Shown here: positions 27,401 to 28,095 of the stretch, in pieces
How the letters are laid out: each line of letters opens with the position of its first letter
How positions within the stretch are numbered: position 1 is the first letter of the stretch
Virus record (IMG/VR): IMGVR_UViG_3300027707_001651
Location: 1 to 28,095 of that record
Strand: one strand, 5' to 3'
Source of the DNA: a virus
Taxonomy: Duplodnaviria; Caudoviricetes
Length of the DNA: 28,095 nt
Translations under genes and position numbers: made by a program
The notes under the pieces: model-generated
The model's input: the letters and a program-made list of their open reading frames with translations, nothing else
Databases searched by the model: none
What the model was told of the DNA's origin: nothing

Positions 27401-28095
27401 AGAAGGCACTTGATGTTCTGGAAAAAACAGGGGAGTGGAGGGGTGAAGAGTTCGGTGTCACCCTAGACGAGCACTCCAGAGCAAGTTTTGATTTGAATGA
27501 GTTTGATGAAGGCACGGGAATAAACCTCACTGCCGAAGAAGTGAAGGCTAAACCTGATTTCATAAGCAAGGTTAGAGCGAGGCTCGAATATGCCAAAGAT
27601 GAGCAACGTCTACAAGAAGCCAAAACACTGGCAAAGAAAAAACGTGCTGAACAAAACACTGTAGACATAGAAGACCTGACACCAGAGCAATACGAAAGAT
27701 TCAAGAAGTTGGGCGAGGAAGTTCAGGCCGCTAAAAAGAGGGGAGAAACCACCGACTTAGGTGGTTCTGTTGTTCACGTTGGTCAGTCAGAATTGGATGG
27801 TGGGGTGCTTGACCCAAACAAAACCCGTTCGACTGCGACAGATGAGGGTAACACTGGTGGATTGAACATCAAAGCAGTGGAGCGTTTTGAAAAAGATCTA
27901 AAAGAACAACGTGAGCTGCGCGACGGATATTCAGAGCTCATTGAAGCAATAAAGAGCGGCAAGAAAACATTCAGACCCAAGACCGATGTTGTAGCAAGTT
28001 GGCTAAGTGGCTTGATGGGCAAGGATTTTGACGTATATTCCGATTTTGATTTGTCAGCAGTGTCGGAAAGGCACAGTGCGATGGTGGCTGCGTTA
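18427..28095 (+). CDS. giant polyvalent protein/polyprotein (>=3223 aa, 3'-truncated): 3x zincin, WYL, DEDDh exonuclease, ParB-like, possible ART-like, GNAT
   Basis: Frame +1 was translated manually from the ATG at 18427 (in-frame TAG at 18421, GGA/AGGA upstream), with no stop to the window end. Motifs: HEYGH 19345, HEGGH 20398, HEFSH 21706, RMFRLDRV about 22690, DFETTG 22894, DGHHRW 24985, HRRKGIA about 26731. Confidence 0.93.
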   Translation, partial: MSLIENKSLIRAEQEQFVRAVSVVSTQIHTKAQLGAVVQSFDPNAIDGDGDGIVQDGSPFERPAVISAISKASQRLGQILSKAKQTKQGRAKEYNRRYNGMSAKDIAADVVPDSFDSWVAKQYEVLRLERPDLPALTDDVTPQQAKEIARALEDFVEPDLVWMLSQDDADKYKELKKTDRNAALRFLTEGAFDFSPQAVAKNRRLIEHTLTTNPQFRELVNRFGMPTLTMYGPNMTKDHMAAGFFSERNGISLSSYRNPTSSGKVFSAVSRKLGNWFMTGIMTPDVGSKDTKRWLVREGSPESLLVHEYGHYLSDMIGRTLPEDEKWDRSSGKAMAWRFSYGSDWKETFEAVGWPEAYDEYSLPLVDGTDVNARSRKKRDRREVPSNIPHILTGYGESSPSEAWAESISAIIAHGGEDKDLVSEGMTWLIRDALDLPDNDIRESLTPKRATREIIPDGFASRGATVQINNEKDPRFGEITDPYELTAEVLGTLDGDDPVGKMVRRLQEMKDDPEQYGRLVQAGNADSVDVPLNIRAANEAEAALLAEVLITDPAFADMIRRHGIPNFYFSQTDLKLKGDFDVRGILSGGYVADDSPNGKFYPARIVIDLIGAPHERQSPDTPFEPDSRADVQEYSKGRAPGNITRKFVSRSDKHVIRHEGGHGVLDQLWERQYEGKIKGRRAQLIRAYSKPTWEEFYKELGRPDLWAEHQRALRATYPSQQGTVERAIRRVIPGNPNISDEVQQVDSAYAWSNPKEMFAEGFSAYTSSNPAFRGLLNDTMLDHLQSILGDADTDIPEPPSMPESRDLDVDAPEPPAWDGFASTGAPITSYSDLRSDRMSSPSGNGTFTRRELFENTTTEQKLDLAVPTNERDWALMAWDERLAEMGVTWDDVKRIDLSDPFKPKIPKDLREGKEFIRYVGLQLKLNTPDFSPENIQANREALRAALDGTPRFRSAVERHGLPPIATMTNQTAERLSILGVMDQWVKRSKAGEKINPEILDILPAYIKWKQKDTIEAERTGQWNLFRQSPEGIKAHQLSEHFKVMGGYSTAENTIILAPSQLDKWRNGTRLDHQHSPEAGDWLIADNSVESILLHEFSHHIDYSQSKNRGSRADNSSFASTLEGNRLFAEVDKHIKTRYGRTQRSEFAAESIAAVLSGSRDQEEMLSPEARRWARSMAGLPENDPVFTGRTRTQDDLVTRYDQFGHRWTKLDGGDWKAPFYVSRSRDGVPDVIESMAEAKERTGLTNFEPVVFEHDGRTFTTRQVNDTFSIEINGRTVATANVVENQYGMPEIQNVDVLPGYTGVAADKDLHEMVVDHARKKYPSALAPRGTPLRVRQAAIHQDGFASVGPEHHDARQIDGTAGTPEYAQAVAGEFEAAQANGKKVFFDYNGETREVEVTEVFTKNGILYMRGNDALRNGEERMFRLDRVSMPKRVENPDTGAAEVVKKPGKPPRKPVPVFTGKAAELFEGAASWEEVAARLGKGRYVFFDFETTGIEEDEFGGMKHPGTPTQIGLTEIVDGKITRQWSTHVNPGRPLSIDPKTGRSWSADNLKYKDPDTGELVNISDEWLAQQKQLSEALDEMLEFIGPIEDTILGGQNHPYDDDVMKRAMADAGLDPARWNPGGFIDSQALAQALLDKSSDDYPKNEKGTKTVSLGYLATFLGHDMGEGWHSADADAEASYESFKRLIDRAALHENSGKPVRRDLFAPGGALKEHQERLDDYERQVRGYDYKVKRYKEQAAAATESPATEGFASRGAKKILDLVKERRRAKDPTAWKNLKEKEKQRLTKESADRAIFMINELSDLGYDAESLKKMNRADLDGVFLDLFPDGSVRVSDSVTANDAPLVQVNSATMGKVFMALGFHVEVVSSDPNEKFILENGINDMQKALQDYVAAAASDPARLKFDAVFKNWAANVKDANGDPKPIDVSTLGTEGGMSYADAAKLFAETFEINLCLYYTTGVNMLCGSNIGIERVEMPQVSGRSMGDDTYATRSIKAGLAAAKEIAIDKKKLAELKDRDPELHARVLELLDKEALAKLGKDGKPDPKFEIKNAAALEEVRKLAQAKDPLAKALFDVMNWNNTEADAVPIMDRAAKALGINVGETEFKDPTTLLGAQNELQGSKVEGMADGAVAAVLEALEILRARFNGREPTQDQLMDYLANEIKHGLFQPVLTAGNEGMQRYLVDGHHRWAGLIVANKKLKEMGLDVQVLLNTKNYETDIRSALEIGKVVQTFIGIKDAKLSGEDKFVPDPNVPELTAKEFDAAIEALIDQANLIKEMDLLKAEKKYRKKAQYGTELDVEAAPQSGLIPKRKLPLSEAVQMAIGQNATLEPQSRVTGVKPQSTGYRALDSGMKWTSVEDHVQIETDRGNPLFDTYKEYVDGGYEVAWVTHDAKEAGRYAISADQVNAFDRDEISVDPANIGEVDLAGAELVGKDDEGGFLYARKKPTKATRQRIETLKSEEEYLDGFASMSSYPEDRDGRTRPGDRYPFDVRPSVFDKETLDNISMDITAQEADNVLNNSPSFTLDERDIKKVEAAIKRLEGMGERGKKRAAKLRRDLERRKKNDEQWLERMRRDMDYKPVQPYVGKPGDKPGKFPSGSSFPQDEPDWLDGPEDWLDEPGDYDGFASTGEDDGFTGEVVLDIVAGGPHTFDSDQRRGPELRDREVVADDWKTRQQKRIAGVRVPERAVDENGAPKPGAPIYRETVKIGRKQYTFEVDSDGIVSVYTGRNYKQVAQLNLDRGHSMEGSRRSENPSRHFIDMVMVDRKHRRKGIATYMAEMAEYAYGGKVEHSTALTSLGKKWRDADVEKRGATALPLPKDFDPDAPVLSWTPGDTPPAWAWWDSNGNTTDGFASMGEATIPKPSKMPKNEREYWEKLYPDRTEEEWKAIREEIIRESSQIMREGGIYGTNGEPKSTVSNRGGIYGPDTTIFDAEKAEEIQKKLQEALKGLQEKITETKKPKDNTYLGRSREIIGTVEKRTAKAQERVINLEKALDVLEKTGEWRGEEFGVTLDEHSRASFDLNEFDEGTGINLTAEEVKAKPDFISKVRARLEYAKDEQRLQEAKTLAKKKRAEQNTVDIEDLTPEQYERFKKLGEEVQAAKKRGETTDLGGSVVHVGQSELDGGVLDPNKTRSTATDEGNTGGLNIKAVERFEKDLKEQRELRDGYSELIEAIKSGKKTFRPKTDVVASWLSGLMGKDFDVYSDFDLSAVSERHSAMVAAL
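22549..22715 (+). other. WYL-like domain within the giant protein
   Basis: AAQANGKKVFFDYNGETREVEVTEVFTKNGILYMRGNDALRNGEERMFRLDRV. Confidence 0.75.
22882..23490 (+). other. DEDDh 3'-5' exonuclease (DnaQ-like) domain within the giant protein
   Basis: ExoI YVFFDFETTG, ExoII GGQNHPYD, FIDS, and ExoIII WHSADAD. Confidence 0.88.
24283..25080 (+). other. ParB/sulfiredoxin-like domain within the giant protein
   Basis: GIERVEMPQ...LLGAQNELQGSKVEGM...PVLT...YLVDGHHRWAG. Confidence 0.75.
26530..26840 (+). other. GNAT acetyltransferase domain within the giant protein
   Basis: Motif A FIDMVMVDRKHRRKGIATYM, followed by HSTALTSLGKKW. Confidence 0.78.

Noticed and set aside
18402-28022. Many short minus-strand and off-frame ORFs in the track
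   Set aside because: They are shadows of the continuous frame +1 gene, which carries all the recognisable motifs.
1-28095. tRNA, rRNA, integrase or transposase
   Set aside because: None was recognised by eye. A tRNAscan-SE/Infernal run would be needed to exclude small RNAs, especially in 17133-18426.

Overview
This window looks like part of a large tailed-phage genome with a probable actinobacterial host, suggested by whiB, an actinobacterial-type ferredoxin and Gram-positive/actinobacterial LexA-type boxes. The left 17 kb is mostly + strand. It encodes DUF932, WhiB, a primase-helicase, an HTH protein, a large C5 DNA methyltransferase with an overprinted second ORF, and modular low-complexity proteins that may be head-associated. 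It also encodes a HiPIP-like protein, a GH25 lysin, a ferredoxin, two tandem beta-class amino-methyltransferases, a clavaminate-synthase-like Fe/2OG oxygenase and a SpeD-like decarboxylase. A 1.3 kb strand-skewed, repeat-rich non-coding region follows and contains three LexA-like boxes. The last 9.7 kb is a single open frame missing from the supplied ORF track: ATG at 18427, at least 3223 codons, running off the window. My manual translation shows a polyvalent effector protein with three HExxH zincin domains, WYL + DEDDh exonuclease, a ParB/Srx-like domain, a possible ART-like domain and GNAT domain(s). Its modules are separated by seven copies of a short motif, [DE]-G-F-A-S-x-[GS], encoded with different synonymous codons. 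This suggests a proteolytically processed phage polyprotein and is the main candidate for a novel system. All family assignments come from motif recognition by eye; no searches were run.
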